Positions 23,335 to 36,390 of a stretch of DNA of 64,000 nucleotides are shown in pieces. The stretch comes from Craspedostauros australis (lineage: Eukaryota). A model generated the notes under the pieces. The model ran no database searches. It was given only the letters and a program-made list of their open reading frames with translations, and had not been told where the DNA came from. The translations under genes were made by a program, and so were the position numbers. Each line of letters opens with the position of its first letter. Within the stretch, counting starts at the first letter, position 1. Location: NCBI GenBank assembly GCA_030167865.1, contig JALAGF010004049.1, positions 1-64,000 of the forward strand, written 5' to 3'.

Positions 23335-25714
23335 ATGATGCTCAACACGATCAGCACAAACAACCGGTCCAATCTAGCTGCGACTGCCTTCTACTCTGAC
23401 AGCGGCTGCGATCGCAACAGGATGGCAGGCCACAGCATTCACAATGGTAAGCACAGTGACCAAGTACAGATCGATGGAGATGCTTTCACAAAGGTCATTC
23501 GCACCTCGGTCGTCGAGTGCAACCTTTCAATCCTTGCAGGTGCCCTCATTAGCACTGCACCACTCGTGGCTCGAAGTACGATGCATCCACCAGGCTGTGT
23601 GTGAACGACGCCTGTCTCTTACACCACTGTCTTCTTGCTACTATCCCTGCTCCTTGTTCCTGCTCCTCCGTTGCCCCCATTGGCCCTGTTGGCACACCAA
23701 CCCACCAAAACCATCGGCGCTTGCAAACATTCCAGGCACAACAGCCGGCGAAGCACGCAGCGCAAACGAGTGCGTTACTCCGATGAACCTGAGTGAAAAG
23801 CACGTTTCACGAACCCAGTACTCCGCAAGCGACGATTGGAACGTGCCCATCATCTCCCACACCAGCACTACGACGACTGCCGACGATTTGATGGGCAACT
23901 CTCATGGTGGGGCAGAACGGATGTTCGCACCGAACATCGCTTCGGCTTGCCAGAACCAACAACGGCCCTTGCGATTGACCCTGCCTCCTGATGCTCAGGC
24001 AGCATCGGCAGTTGTGTCAGTGGCAACGGCATCAAGCGACGAGACCGCAGCAGGAGACGCGGTTTCTGCGTGGCCCCTGAACAGGTTGGAACCAAGGCCA
24101 ATTGGTGCGGGCGGGATCAGCGTGGTCAAGTCAGTACCCTTGATGGCCATGGGATTGAAGGGGACGATCAATCAAGATTGGATCGCCGAGCTACGAAGGA
24201 TCGTCTGTCCGGCATGCAAAGCGAAGGATGCTGGTGAGGAGGCGTCCGCATGGTTGGCGCATGATCTCCCGACAATGTCTCCAGAGCAGTCGGCTCAATT
24301 TTGCTTTGGTTTCACGCACATGAACACAAACATGGACACAGACATGGGCATAGACAAGGACACAAACATGGACACAAACATGGCCGTTCTGCCAACACCA
24401 TCAGCGATACCAATGGCACCGCCGGCCGCGAGAAGCGAACACGCCAAGATCAAGGCGAATGAGGATATTGCCCCCCGCCTCCACTCTCATCACAACCTCT
24501 CTTGCTGTCCTTCGCCAACGACCAGCAACATCAAAGTCGAAGAAGTGAACCAAAAGCGACAACCAAACTTTTTCATCGCGAATGAGCCCAGCGAGAGTGA
24601 CGAACACCGTGACAATGGTAGCGATGTTGGCATCACTGATTCTGACTCCTCCGGCTGCGACGAACCATGGCGGGAGTCAGGGAGCGGTTCACCAAACGAG
24701 ACAAGTGCTGACAGCGACTACGGCCACCACTCCAACGATTCTCCGGCCTGGAATACTCGCACAACAGACACCGATCAATTCATCTCCATGATTACATCAG
24801 AGGAAGATCACCTGAATGGTTGCTGTTCCACAACCAGGTCGCAATTGGCTCACGAAGACCTCTTCGGTGGTGGACCGCTCAGTCTCCCTGATGCTCGGGA
24901 TGTCTCCGTCAATGGAGAAAAGAAGCCTTCTCTCCCTGATCATGTCCGTGTCAACGGCCACCCGTCACCCAATACAGCAACGAGTGGCAGACATGGCCAG
25001 CAAGGCCACACAACACCACATCATCGCACAACCTCGACACACCTGGTGTCGTCTCCCACCCAAATCGATTCGGAATCGGCCAACGGTTCGAGCTTGAGCA
25101 GCAGCAGCAGCAGCAAGCCGTCATTTCAGGAGCTGGCGCAGCTGCCGTCGAGGTGCATCACCAACGGCCCCACGCAGTCAGAACAATGGAACGATAAGTA
25201 CCAGGAGCTGATCGACTTCAAGCACCAGCACGGGCATTGCCATGTGCCCAACTCATGCCAAGGTGACAAGCCTCTTGCCCACTGGGTGCGCCGACAACGC
25301 CATCAGTACCGTCTCAAGGCAGAAGGCAAGCACTCCACACTCTGCAACGTGCGGCAGCAGGCATTGGAGGATCTGAACTTTATCTGGGACTCCCACGCTG
25401 CGATATGGGAACAGCGGTTCCAGGATCTCGTCTCGTTCCAACGAGAGCACGGCCATTGCAAGGTCCCGCGACCGTACCACACTAATCCTCAGCTTGCCAT
25501 TTGGGTCAAATGCCAGCGCCGGCAGTACCAACTCTGCCTGGCACAGCAAAAGAGCTCCATGTCCAAAGACCGAAAGCTGCGTCTCGAACGCATTGGCTTT
25601 CTCTGGAACATTCGGGGCAGGCGCAGGTCCAGCGGTGCTGCTCGTAACTCCAAGCAAAGCGCTCAGCACAAGTCAACATCAAAGTCGCAAGAAGCAAAGA
25701 TGAAGCAGCGATAG
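23335..25714 (+). CDS. HA-HA protein 1: disordered N-terminus plus two helicase-associated (HA) domains; putative nucleic-acid-binding regulator
   Basis: C-terminus QWNDKYQELIDFKHQHGHCHVP...LAHWVRRQRHQY...LEDLNFIWDSHAAIWEQRFQDLVSFQREHGHCKVP...LAIWVKCQRRQY...LERIGFLW. Proposed exon 1 is 23335-23446 with intron 23447-23735 (G|GTAAGC...CCAG|GC, phase 1, frame-compatible). The unspliced ORF from 23444 is the alternative model. Confidence 0.9.
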
Positions 25715-28700
25715 ATGACGGATATGTCATCAGCCATGTCATGAAGTCATCGCACTTGCTCCCAGCAGGGTATTGGTGGGTATAAACATGAGATGATGAC
25801 ATCCCATAATATTATATAATATTATACAATATTTATAAGAGGTTAACTCTGCTTGTGCTCTGTTGCATTCCATTTTATTCCAGCCGAGTACTCGTTTGAC
25901 ACGTTCCACAATGAGATAGAGGAAACAATTCGTCCACTCCATCGCGTGCTCGTACCTTGCCTCGGACAAAGCGCGACGGCCAAGATGCGATCAGAATCTG
26001 CAGGCGCACAGTGTTGGAGGGCTCATCGCACTCACAGGTACTCCCCTGCGTACTCCCATGCTGCTGCTATGGTTGGATGCCTGTATCAACGCAATGGGAA
26101 GCTGCCAGGAGGAAGCACGGGGACAACATGGTCGATTGTACCACTGCAAAGACACGGAGGGTACGTCCTGGCATATTGGCTGTGTGCACGCGCATGGTGG
26201 CGGTATGACAAAGAACCCGACAATGCATTGAGTGCATGCCTGTTGCGAAGGTCGAACTACGAGCATGGATAGGCAGGTTGATCTCGATAATAATACAATA
26301 CTCTAGACAGCTCTGCCACAACTCCAGGTAAATGACGCAAAACCAAATTCTGGATTGTGTTACTACTACTACTACTACGAGTGTACCATAACTCGCAGGC
26401 ACCCTTATTCATCGCTAATTGCAAGGAGAGCGAGAGAAATGTTGGCTTGCCTGATGGCGTGTTTCATCAGCTATTATATAGAATATTGTACGAGCTGCAG
26501 ACTCATATACCAGGTGAATAATGTTGATGTATTCTATATATGTCACGCTGCTGGGGTCCACGGACTTCATCAGTCCTCTACGCTCTCTGCTCCCACGGAT
26601 GAAACAACAGAGAGGAGGGGAGGGAGGCAGCCGAAGTGTCCGGCAACAGACACCACATCCCCAACTCGTTGCAACTTGAAGGGTGTCCTACTTGTGGATT
26701 GGAAATACAGTGTTCAGAGCTCGTGCGCCTGTCGTGATTGTTCGTATCTTGCCCGTTCCAAACGCCGACAACGGAGAAACATCAGTGCTCTCGTAACAAC
26801 GACGATGCACCAACGGTGTCTTCACACGCTCCCGTGGAAGCCGCTGTCGCATCAGAGGGGAAGAGGAGAAGTGCTGAGCGCCGAGAACGAGGCGGAGACG
26901 AGCGGACGGAGAGAGGACGGGCAACGCATGTCCCCTTGTCGCCTTTTCTGCTCCAGAGGCTGAAAATGTCCTTAGTTCGGAAGAGAAAGGTCGGCGAGAA
27001 CGGTTGGTTTCGGTGTTGACGACGCATCCGTTACCAACTGACTGGTTTTGGCCACGCAAAGCGATGCATACATTTTCCAGCATCAGCCCTAATCACCATC
27101 TCCGTGATGGAACCACGCGTGAGACATGCCGCTTCCAAAAGGCGCACAAAACGTCTTCCCCAGGAAGCGCAACGTGTACGATGCGTCAGTACTCGTGCAA
27201 ACAAGGGGCGCAAGTGCCATGTTCGCGAGCATACATGCATGTACCCGGCGAAGCAGTGCGTAGGTGAAGCGTGGTGGATGTGCTACCGTGACATGGTGCT
27301 GACGATGTTCGACTGTGGAAGGGACTGTCGAAATGTCCAAGCTCTCACGAATCATAAATTATGGACTTATTCAAGAACCGTTGTCGTTTCATTGCGAAAC
27401 AACTTTGTCTTTCTGGCCCACTCGCGACATGCGTTGACAAATTGGGGGGCTAGCATGCTTCCAGCAGCTCACAAAATCACTGACCTCCGAACAACTCTCC
27501 CACACGCCCACTCGATGGTTGTAGGAGCTTGGGTATTGGTCTAACCCGAATGGTCGATGTGTCTCACCATCTCTGTGTTTGAGAGCGTGTCTGCGTTGGT
27601 GGAGAAGGTCACTCTCTCTGAGGTCACTGCACTGTGGCATAGATGGTCGAACAGGCCAAAACGCTCCGCCTTCACTTCCACAATCACACACACAGAAGAA
27701 GTGATCAGATGGATGCACGCTTTTTCTGTTTCTTGGAGTGAATCTCGGAGTGGTCTGCGCCATGCGAGTTTGTTCTGAAGTATGTTTGCCGCAGCTCCAC
27801 TTCACATCGCCAACAGTGACCCCCCAAGCCAGGAGCGCCAAATATTTCCAAGGACAACGACATGGTATTGTATCGTAGCATAGGTACGAGGACGAGAGCA
27901 CCTACGGGGCTACGCACAGGCTACGCACAGCGCAGTACCAATACCATGGCCGTACCACTGAGTACATTCATGCCGTCCTCCGCTAAGCGCATGATTCACG
28001 CAAGAGCACCAGCACGAATACGAATACGAACACATAGAAATGCTCGTAGCATATTTATTTCCAACGACCGATCCGCATCATTGGCTCGTGAGGTAGTACA
28101 GGAACACATTTGCGCACTCGTGAAAGGCGAGACGCAAGCGTTCAATGACCTCACGTACCAAACACCGGAGCACTTCAAGTCCGCACCGAGTTCAGTGAAC
28201 ACGGCATTCCGTCGAGAAATGCATTCAGATTTATTGACCATCTGCTGATGTGTGTTTGCGTGTCAAGCCCAGCCGAATCGAGCGGTGCAGTTTCGCTCCT
28301 TCAGCCCTCACAGCCATACCCACGTGGGTTCAAATCGGAGCAGAGTCTGTGCAGGCGCAGGTATGTGGGATGGTGCTTTGAGGAGAGCATGCGCGGCAGC
28401 TTGCATGCTGGTGTCCTCCTGGCGAACGAAGCCGACGAAATGGGATGTGCGCGATCTGCATGACGCACCTGAGTCGAAGCTCCGCGCTGTGGACTTCAGC
28501 GTTCGTGACTGCGTGTTCAACTTTCTCTCTCCCTAGACACCATGGTGCGTCGATCTCCGCCAACTGACTCGCCTTGCGTTGCTGGCAGTGGTTGTGGGTG
28601 GCGATGGCGATGGCCGCCGCAGCTGCAACGATGGAGACGCATGATGAAAGCGGGCCAATGCGGAGTAAGATGCTGTCAACAACATGCAACTATCGTTGCT

Positions 28701-29137
28701 ATCGTTGCAAATGTTCAATTGAAGGTCTCTGCTCCCCAAGCTCGGTGGTTCCTTTGGCGCTGGTTACGATCTACGCAAGTCGGTATGCCACACGCCGCAG
28801 TACTCTGGGAGTACTTGCGACTACAACCCTATCCCACTTTGTTCCCCAGAGTCAAGCGACAAGCGAATACTCGTCATGTGTGGCAGTGTCTCCCGGTATG
28901 GAGTAGAGTAAGAGTAAGAGTCGGATGCAGTGCAGTGTCGCATAGTGTTGGATTCGAATGTTGTTGATGCTACGTGGTATTATATTACACCATACTCTGC
29001 ATACTCTGCATACTCTCCAGTGAAGAAGTCATTCTTGTTCATGTTGTTCATGTTGTCGTCGTTTCAGTCGGAGCAATACCGATGCTTCTGTCGTCACAGA
29101 GCAGAAGGACACTGTTGCTGCTGGCACAACCGTTTGT

Positions 29138-31634
29138 TCACTTGTTTTGGCGGGTTGTCCATGAAAATCCAATCTCCTCAAGTCGCTTCATGCGGTCGCA
29201 TGTGAGCGCCGCCTTGCGGCCTTCGCGGTTGAGCTGGTACTGCCGACGCTGGCATTTCACCCATATGGCGAGGCGAGGCTTCTTGCTGTAGGACCGTGGG
29301 ACTTTGCAATGTCCGTGCTCGCGTCGGAAGTTGACCAGGTCTTGGAATCGCTCCTCCCAGATGGACGTGTGTGGATCCCACTGGAAGCCTATCCTGTCCA
29401 GGGCGTCTTGTCTCTCCTGGGTCATCGTGCAGCGCTTGCCGAGCTGCCTGAGCTTGTACTGATGCCTCTGACGTCTGACCCAGTGCGTGAGCGCCTTGTC
29501 GCCGTCCCATGTGTTCGGCACGTGGCAATGGCCGTGGATCTTCTTGAATTGAACGAGCTTGCGAAACTTCTCTTCCCACTGCTGGCAATAGATCGGAGGC
29601 TGTTGCCGTGCGTTGCATGAGGGCATGACAACGGTATCGGCAGTGACAGCACTAGCCGCAGAAGTGCCTGAAGAGGATCGTGATGATGATCTGACGTCGA
29701 TCCCACCACGGCTCTCTTCGATGGGTGCAGCCGAGTTCGTGCTTGAGACCTTGCGGTTGGGTGCAATCGGGTCGTTCTGGACGGCGATGTGCTCGCTCCC
29801 ATCATGGTTGCCGAACCCGTCGCAAGGCCAGAACGAGGAAGCGTTCTGCGAACTGGCGGATGGCGAATCATGCCATTGATCGTTTTCAAGAGCCCCAATT
29901 GCCGCGGCACAAGCATCCAGCGATTCCTTCAATGCCTTCATGGTCATGGGTCGGTCACCCGTGTGAGCGCATGATGATGACATCGGCGCCGGCACAGGCA
30001 CTCGCCCCTGTGTGGACGTCGAAGCATGCATCGATGTTGGTTGGTGCTGCTGCTGCGCAGGTGGGCCCATGCTGTTGATGGTGGGAGGCTCCACAGGAGG
30101 GACGAGGTGGTCGGGAACGATAACTCTGTCCATGTCGGGAATCCCCCATGGTGCGAAGATGCTGTTTTCAAGCGTGATGTTGGTCGGATTGTATGACAAT
30201 GGGGAGACGCAGTTCGGAGTGGCGTACTTTCCCGTTTCCGCTGAGGATGTCTTGATGACCGCATCATGAGCAACGGCCTGCACGCAACTCTTGGCGGACT
30301 CTGAGGCCTGCCAAGATGCCTGGTGAGCTTGGGTATCGCTCATGTCCCTCGCATCGATCGTGATGACCTTCGCGGATGCTACAGCGACATCGTCTGGATA
30401 CTTATCGGCAGAGTGCGGTTGCCAATGATGGGGTGTCGCGGCACTGGTGTCATCCAGCGCATGGAATGACGACCCATCTGTGAGGAATGCCTCGCGCAGC
30501 GGTGCAGACGCCATTGTTGGCGTTGGCGGTGCTGCCAGCGATAGCATTGGCAACGGGAATGACAGGTCTTGTTGCATCATCGTCCGGAACTCTTGAGCGA
30601 TCGCGTGATGACTGTCGTCAAACGCTCGGCAGCTGACGGACTCGACTCTTTGGAAGCCGTCCGCATTGATCGGCGTTGGTTCTAACGAATGGCACTCTTG
30701 AAAGATATCCCCCTGGCCTTGCTCTCGACTCGCACAGACGATCATGTCGCCAGGATGCTGGATGTGATCGTCCATTTCTCCTCTGAAATTGCCGTTTGAC
30801 AGTTGGAGTCAGATGTGAGGTGAGGTGGTGTGGTGTCGTGCGGTGTGGGAAAAGTGGGAAGAAACGACAAAGCAACGCAGAGTATGGTATTTTATCGTAC
30901 CGAACAATACAGTGCGATCATGGTGCACGCGTATACGATTGTGAATGCGGTTGTGAATGCGGGTATGAATGCGGGTGTGAATGCGGATACGAATGTGAAT
31001 GCACAGCAGGACCACACACGAGAGCAACGGGTTGTAGAGTAGGATGAGTTCTCGCTTGTTCTGATAATTTGACTTAGCCTCCTTGCGGCTCTTCAAGCTT
31101 CGCTCGTATCCTCGATGATCATCTTGTTGTTGTCTCGACGATTAATAGAGCGAAGTCAGGGATTGACTCAGCCCGACCTGAACTGAGCTGAGCTGACCTG
31201 AGCCGAAGTGGCCCCAACCCAACCCAACCCAACCCAAGTCGAGCCGAGCCGAACCAATAGCGACATGGTTCAGATGATGGCACCAGACCGAGGGCCATTG
31301 CCAAGCTGCCAAATCACCAAAACACGAAACGGTATGTCAAGAGAAATCACTTCAACGCAACGCAACGCAACGCAAGAAGAGGCGAATCGAAACAAACTAG
31401 GAAGGCTGGTAGAGCGCGATGCGAGTGGATGAAATGGAAGCGAAGGCACCATCCTGATCCCAGCAAGCCGCGATCGTCTTCTTACCTTGCGGAGTTGAGG
31501 TAGACCATGGTCTCTCCATCTCGCACTGACATACTGAGACCGTCAATGTCATCTCCGAAGCCTTGCATTGGCTCGATCATTGTATGGAAGTCGCTGCAGT
31601 TGGTGCCGCTCTCGGTGGCGTGGTGAAAATTCAT
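29138..31634 (-). CDS. HA-HA protein 2 (two exons)
   Basis: Two HA repeats at about 29160-29585. Exon 1 (31634-31486, MNFHHATESG...VYLNSA) joins through intron 30783-31485 (AG|GTAAGA...TTTCAG|A, phase 2) to give ...NSARGEMDDHIQ, in frame with ORF 29138-30775. Confidence 0.9.
30941..31002. repeat. 12-bp tandem repeat (GTGAATGCGGGT-like) in the intron
   Basis: About 5 degenerate copies read directly. Confidence 0.8.
31170..31256. repeat. Mosaic pentamer repeat (GAGCT/GACCT/CAACC/CGAGC) in the intron
   Basis: A 5-bp period is kept while the unit sequence changes. Confidence 0.75.
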
Positions 31635-32456
31635 TGTCGCGTTTGTGGTTTCTGTCACTTGCGACACTTTGGAGGGACGTGAGGGATGGGTGCCCTTGCT
31701 GTTGGCGAAAGATGGCGGAATCAAGGTCGGCGCGGGTGGGAGGGCGTCTCTGGATCTCTCTGTGCACACGAAGCGCTGGTTATCGATCGTCGGAGTAGCT
31801 CGTAGTTGCCAGTGCCGCAAGGTCGTGAGTGCTGATCTTGCTTTGGGGCTGATGACTTTTTTTGGTCTGATCGGGATTTTGTGGTCATGCGCGATAGTCG
31901 ATCGGCATCTCCCGTTCAGAGCCTTCAACATGACGACAGCTGTTGCTATTTGCTGGGCGTCGAGTTGGCAAGCGGTTGGTGCTTGGCGGAGAGCACAAAT
32001 ACTCTACGCTCTGCAAAACACTTGTTGGGTCCTTGGCGCGGTTCCGCCGGTCTCGGCTGTGTGTGTTCCTGTGTACCACTCCCCTGTGGTTGTTGGTGTA
32101 ACCGTAGTGCGAAAGCCGGACAGATTTATCTGGTGCCTCTTTAATCACGTGCCGACACAACACGCACCGCGCTGACGCGCATTTCCGCGCGGTTACGTAC
32201 AAATCACATCACAGATAACCGCAAAATACAGCCGCGAGGTACAAACAGTACATGTAAAGCGCAGCAGAGCCAAGCATCATACATGCGCGTAAACAGACCA
32301 TGATCAGCGGTGTCACTGCAAGGTCCGAATGTGATAACGTTTGTACTCGTGCGAGTCTGCGTGTACCAACATCGCGCGGCAGGTCGGACAAACACCAGCA
32401 GGGCAGACAGCCGAGTGTTGTTTGCCGCAGCGTTGTGCACATGACAAGATGTTGCG

Positions 32457-32484
32457 CTGAACTGAACTGAACTGAACTGAACTG
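32457..32484. repeat. (CTGAA)n pentamer repeat
   Basis: Direct reading of the sequence. Confidence 0.85.
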
Positions 32485-35400
32485 GGATGGGCTTTGATGG
32501 GTTGCGATGAAGTCGGCTCCACTGGACCGTACTGTATTTCACTGCACTGCACGGCATCGCATTGTTCTCCCGTGGTTGAGTGTTGTTCTGCCCTCTCGTC
32601 ACGTGGGGCGAGGTATGTCGGTTTACTACCGGTTGCGCTCGGCACTTGTCTCCCCTTGGCTGCTGGATGGTTGGCTGAGGTTGGCGCAAGAAGTCATCCA
32701 ACAGTGGAGTGGACCAGGGAATGCCGTCCTTTCGTCCCGACGAGGGGATCGACTCTCTGTGGTGCATCAACAGCAACAGCGAGCCGGCTACGAAAATCGT
32801 TCCCAAATCTCCGGATTCAAACGGAAGTGGTACACTTGGTACTGCTACAAGCGCCCTTGTTGACTCAAAAGAAGGGCGATTCGTGCGACGTACGAAGTGC
32901 GACAGTCTTCGTTCACACAGCCCACATCTGCGTTTTGATTTCGCCTTCTGTCGCATTCGCCGTACCATTCGGATTTGGCTGCCCCAGAGACTGCGCGCTA
33001 TCTGTGGCGCAATTGAACGCGCATAAATGTTGTGCTCCACAATTCGTCTCATCACGTTGGAACGTTGTAAGCAGTGTGAAACTGCGGTACAAGCCAGGTC
33101 GTACGTGAGGGAACAGCAACGAAGCATCCGTGATGAGCCGCGTCGACGAAACTGCAATCTGAAACAGCCCAATGATGGACAGTTCTAGTTTGTTGCGTGG
33201 GCACAATTCAACGCTTCCCATTGCTGGCGGCTGGCTCGTCGCAGATCACGAACCGCAACAAACCCTCGCGAAAAGAGGCGATGGAGGCGGAGGGACGCAA
33301 CGCAATTCGTAGTGGTACTGCGACATGTGCCTCCATGGGACAACTAAATCTTGATTGAACACGATCGGACACAAAGCAAGACGAAAGGACAAAACGACCA
33401 ACATCCACGGAACGGTGAAATGGAGCAAAGGGAATGGTATCGGCGACGTTAGATTACGTGAGCCGCCGTTCCAGAGCGGAATAGTCCGCCGTGTGTTCAT
33501 CGCATTTGGGACATCGGCTCACACAAAACGCTGCGTCGCACTTCGTTGGGTCATCGCGTGTGTTTGCTTTTCGCAATGGCGTGCACATGCGCGATAAAGG
33601 AGGATAAGAGAGCAAAGGATAATGGAGTAAACTGAAGTGGAGGACATCAGCTTTGCCATACATGTTCATCATGCTCAATCACTCTGTGACGACTATTATT
33701 CGGTGATAGTGTGCGAGGTATCGAGATATCACGGAGGATTGTTGATTCGGCTCGTAACGATCTGCTCTCGGCTCTTAGTCATGGACACAGTATTCGTATG
33801 TTGGCTTGTATAGTATAATGCCTTGTTCGCGAGAGGGTGCGGTTTGTGTGTAGCTTCCTGCTCTGATCGACGAGCTGCTCGATCCACCTATTGGTATAGT
33901 AGGTAGCGCAATGGAATGGCTACCGATACCAGTGCTCGTATGGCAGCGCCCTGAACGAACATGTCCAGCGAGGTGAGGCACCATAGGCACATCCTCGCAC
34001 ATGCGCGTGACCGTTGCTGACATCGCCTTCATTGTCGTCACCACCACATGTCTCAGGCCGCATCCGGACCATACGACTACATGCGCACAGTAGTATGTCT
34101 GCAGGTTGTGTGGCACCTTTGGGAAGGAATTTTTCGAACTCTCGTGCCCCAGCCAGAGCAGGAAGGCAACGAACATGCGCATCGTGCACCGGAACAATCA
34201 TGAGTCCGCCCAGAAGTCAAGCGGTCTTCGGGATAACGTTGGTCAGAAACTGCACATCCAGAGCTCGGACCTACCGACAAGTGCTCGTGCTTCACAAGTA
34301 TGGCGTGATCCGAGTGCACATCGCCACATGGTATACATCGAGCAGAAGCAAGGATGGCCCGATTGTCCGATGGCACTGTTGCCGGGGAAGTCTCATTGAA
34401 TGGCCCTCCCTATCTCTTGCGATGAGTGTCGGTCCGCATCATGCTCAATCACGCAATAGCACACCCTATCAGTCTCTCCAGTGAGAGACAGAGACTCATA
34501 GCATACATATTCCCTCATGACACACAGCACCTGCGCAAGCAGATGCCACCCCAAAGGGTGAAGACAGAGAGAGGGAGTAACGAGGTGAACGAGTGAATGA
34601 GGGCATGAATGATGTAGCAAGGTAGTGAGGGAGACATTAGTTCGAAGTCAGTGTCATCACATGAAATCACTCAGAAACGAAGCCAGCAAACATGTTTCCG
34701 CGATCTGTGATCCTGCGCTGAAGGTGCCGATGCCACCGTTCGGTGCGAAGTCTCACAAACACGTTCAGACAGAAACTGTAAGATCAATGATAAGAGTCCT
34801 GACGTGTTGGCGAAATGGAGGAAGGACTGTCTGAACGTACGAGGTACGTACGTATTCTGTGATGTGCATAATCATGGTGTTGTCTGTCAGTCACGAATAC
34901 TAACAAGTCAAACTGACCCTGGCTGTCAATGTACAAACAGTCGATGCCAAAACAGACAAACAGTCGCATTCACAAACAGACAGTCACATTCTGAACTCGA
35001 GCACATACCGTCTCATGATGGACACACTATTTCCAACTGCGAACGAAAGGCGAAGGCGAACACGAGGGAAGACAAAGTTGTGATAGCTTGTTTCGCCTGA
35101 CACCAATCATCGTACTCTTCGCAGGACTCCAGCTTTCTCCACGATGACACAAAATGACGCAAATCGACACAACATCACATCAGCACCAACATCAACATCA
35201 ACATCGACATCAACATCACCACCGAAAGAGCACAAAGCAAATGCGCGTCGCTTGGATGGTGTTCATGGACGCATCAGACGGTGCCAATCCTCCGACCGTG
35301 CCAACTGGTACGATGCTCCGAATGATGCAAGTCGGAGATAATCCTTCGCGTCAACAGAAACACGTGCTGGAGCCGCACGAATGAACCCAAAGTGGAATGG

Positions 35401-36390
35401 CGTGATTGCCGTCGACATGCTCGAGGGGCGGGCATGAAGGGATCAGCTTCGCCGTTGCGCCTTGAGGTCTCCAAGAGTAGAGCAGGGGGGTTCCATTGGC
35501 GAGACGGTGCTGCACGAGTAGGACGTGCATGACATGTGGAGGACTTTGATGGATGAATGCCATGCTAGCAAAATGGCGCACCATTGATGGATCGATCAAT
35601 AATCTGTCCACGTTCGATTGGTCTGCTCTCTGCGTGTGCTCGTATGCATGTTCGGCAAGCCAACAGAAACATGATGCAGCCTGCTGAGACGTTTGACGAC
35701 CTAATGCAACAGACGGAATCCTTGTGCACGGTTTCAGGTTGTGCGGATGCAGGTATGCACGGTACCTGCGCTATTACTTTCCCTCTCTGCAAGTAGAGAG
35801 AGGGGGGTGGTGTCCTGTGTGTCGTATTCTTGGCTCGTATGACACGTCCAGTGCCGTGGAACAGATCAACAGAACGGCATGCGCCGCCCAAGCAATTTGA
35901 GTATCTCTCCTCGTTCTCGTACTCGCACTCGCACGCCAAGATCCACGAGAAAAGATCCAGCGAGGAGTGTGTGGTCGATCGTGCGCCCGCTCATGCGCAG
36001 CGCATGGAATGCAAGTAGAGTCATGGCAGAGTAGCAATGCATACATACCCCAGTGCGTCGTATTCTATAATATTCTGCGAAGGAATGAAGTGTTAGTCGA
36101 GTTGGGTGGGACGTCGTTTTCTATCACGTATTCTATGACATGCTACAAGGTATCGTATGGTACGAGAGTATTATTATTATTATGTTATATTATAATAGGA
36201 TAGTAGAATATAATATGTTGTATAGTATTGTATTGCACAATAGAGTAGAGCAGAGTACAGCACAGCGCAGCAGGATAGTTGCTTGAAAATTCTTCGTGAG
36301 TTCTTGGTGTCGTGTCCTGGTGTGCGCATCGGGAAAACTGGCTGTGACATTCTGACATTCTACCTATTGCCTCTTCCAACTGTTGCGCAT

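Noticed and set aside
30941-31002. Heat-shock element for the neighbouring HSF
   Set aside because: The GAA units are all in one orientation at a 12-bp period, not alternating nGAAn pentamers.
32204-33172. 322-aa minus ORF
   Set aside because: Reads through the (CTGAA)n microsatellite and has atypical composition with no domain.
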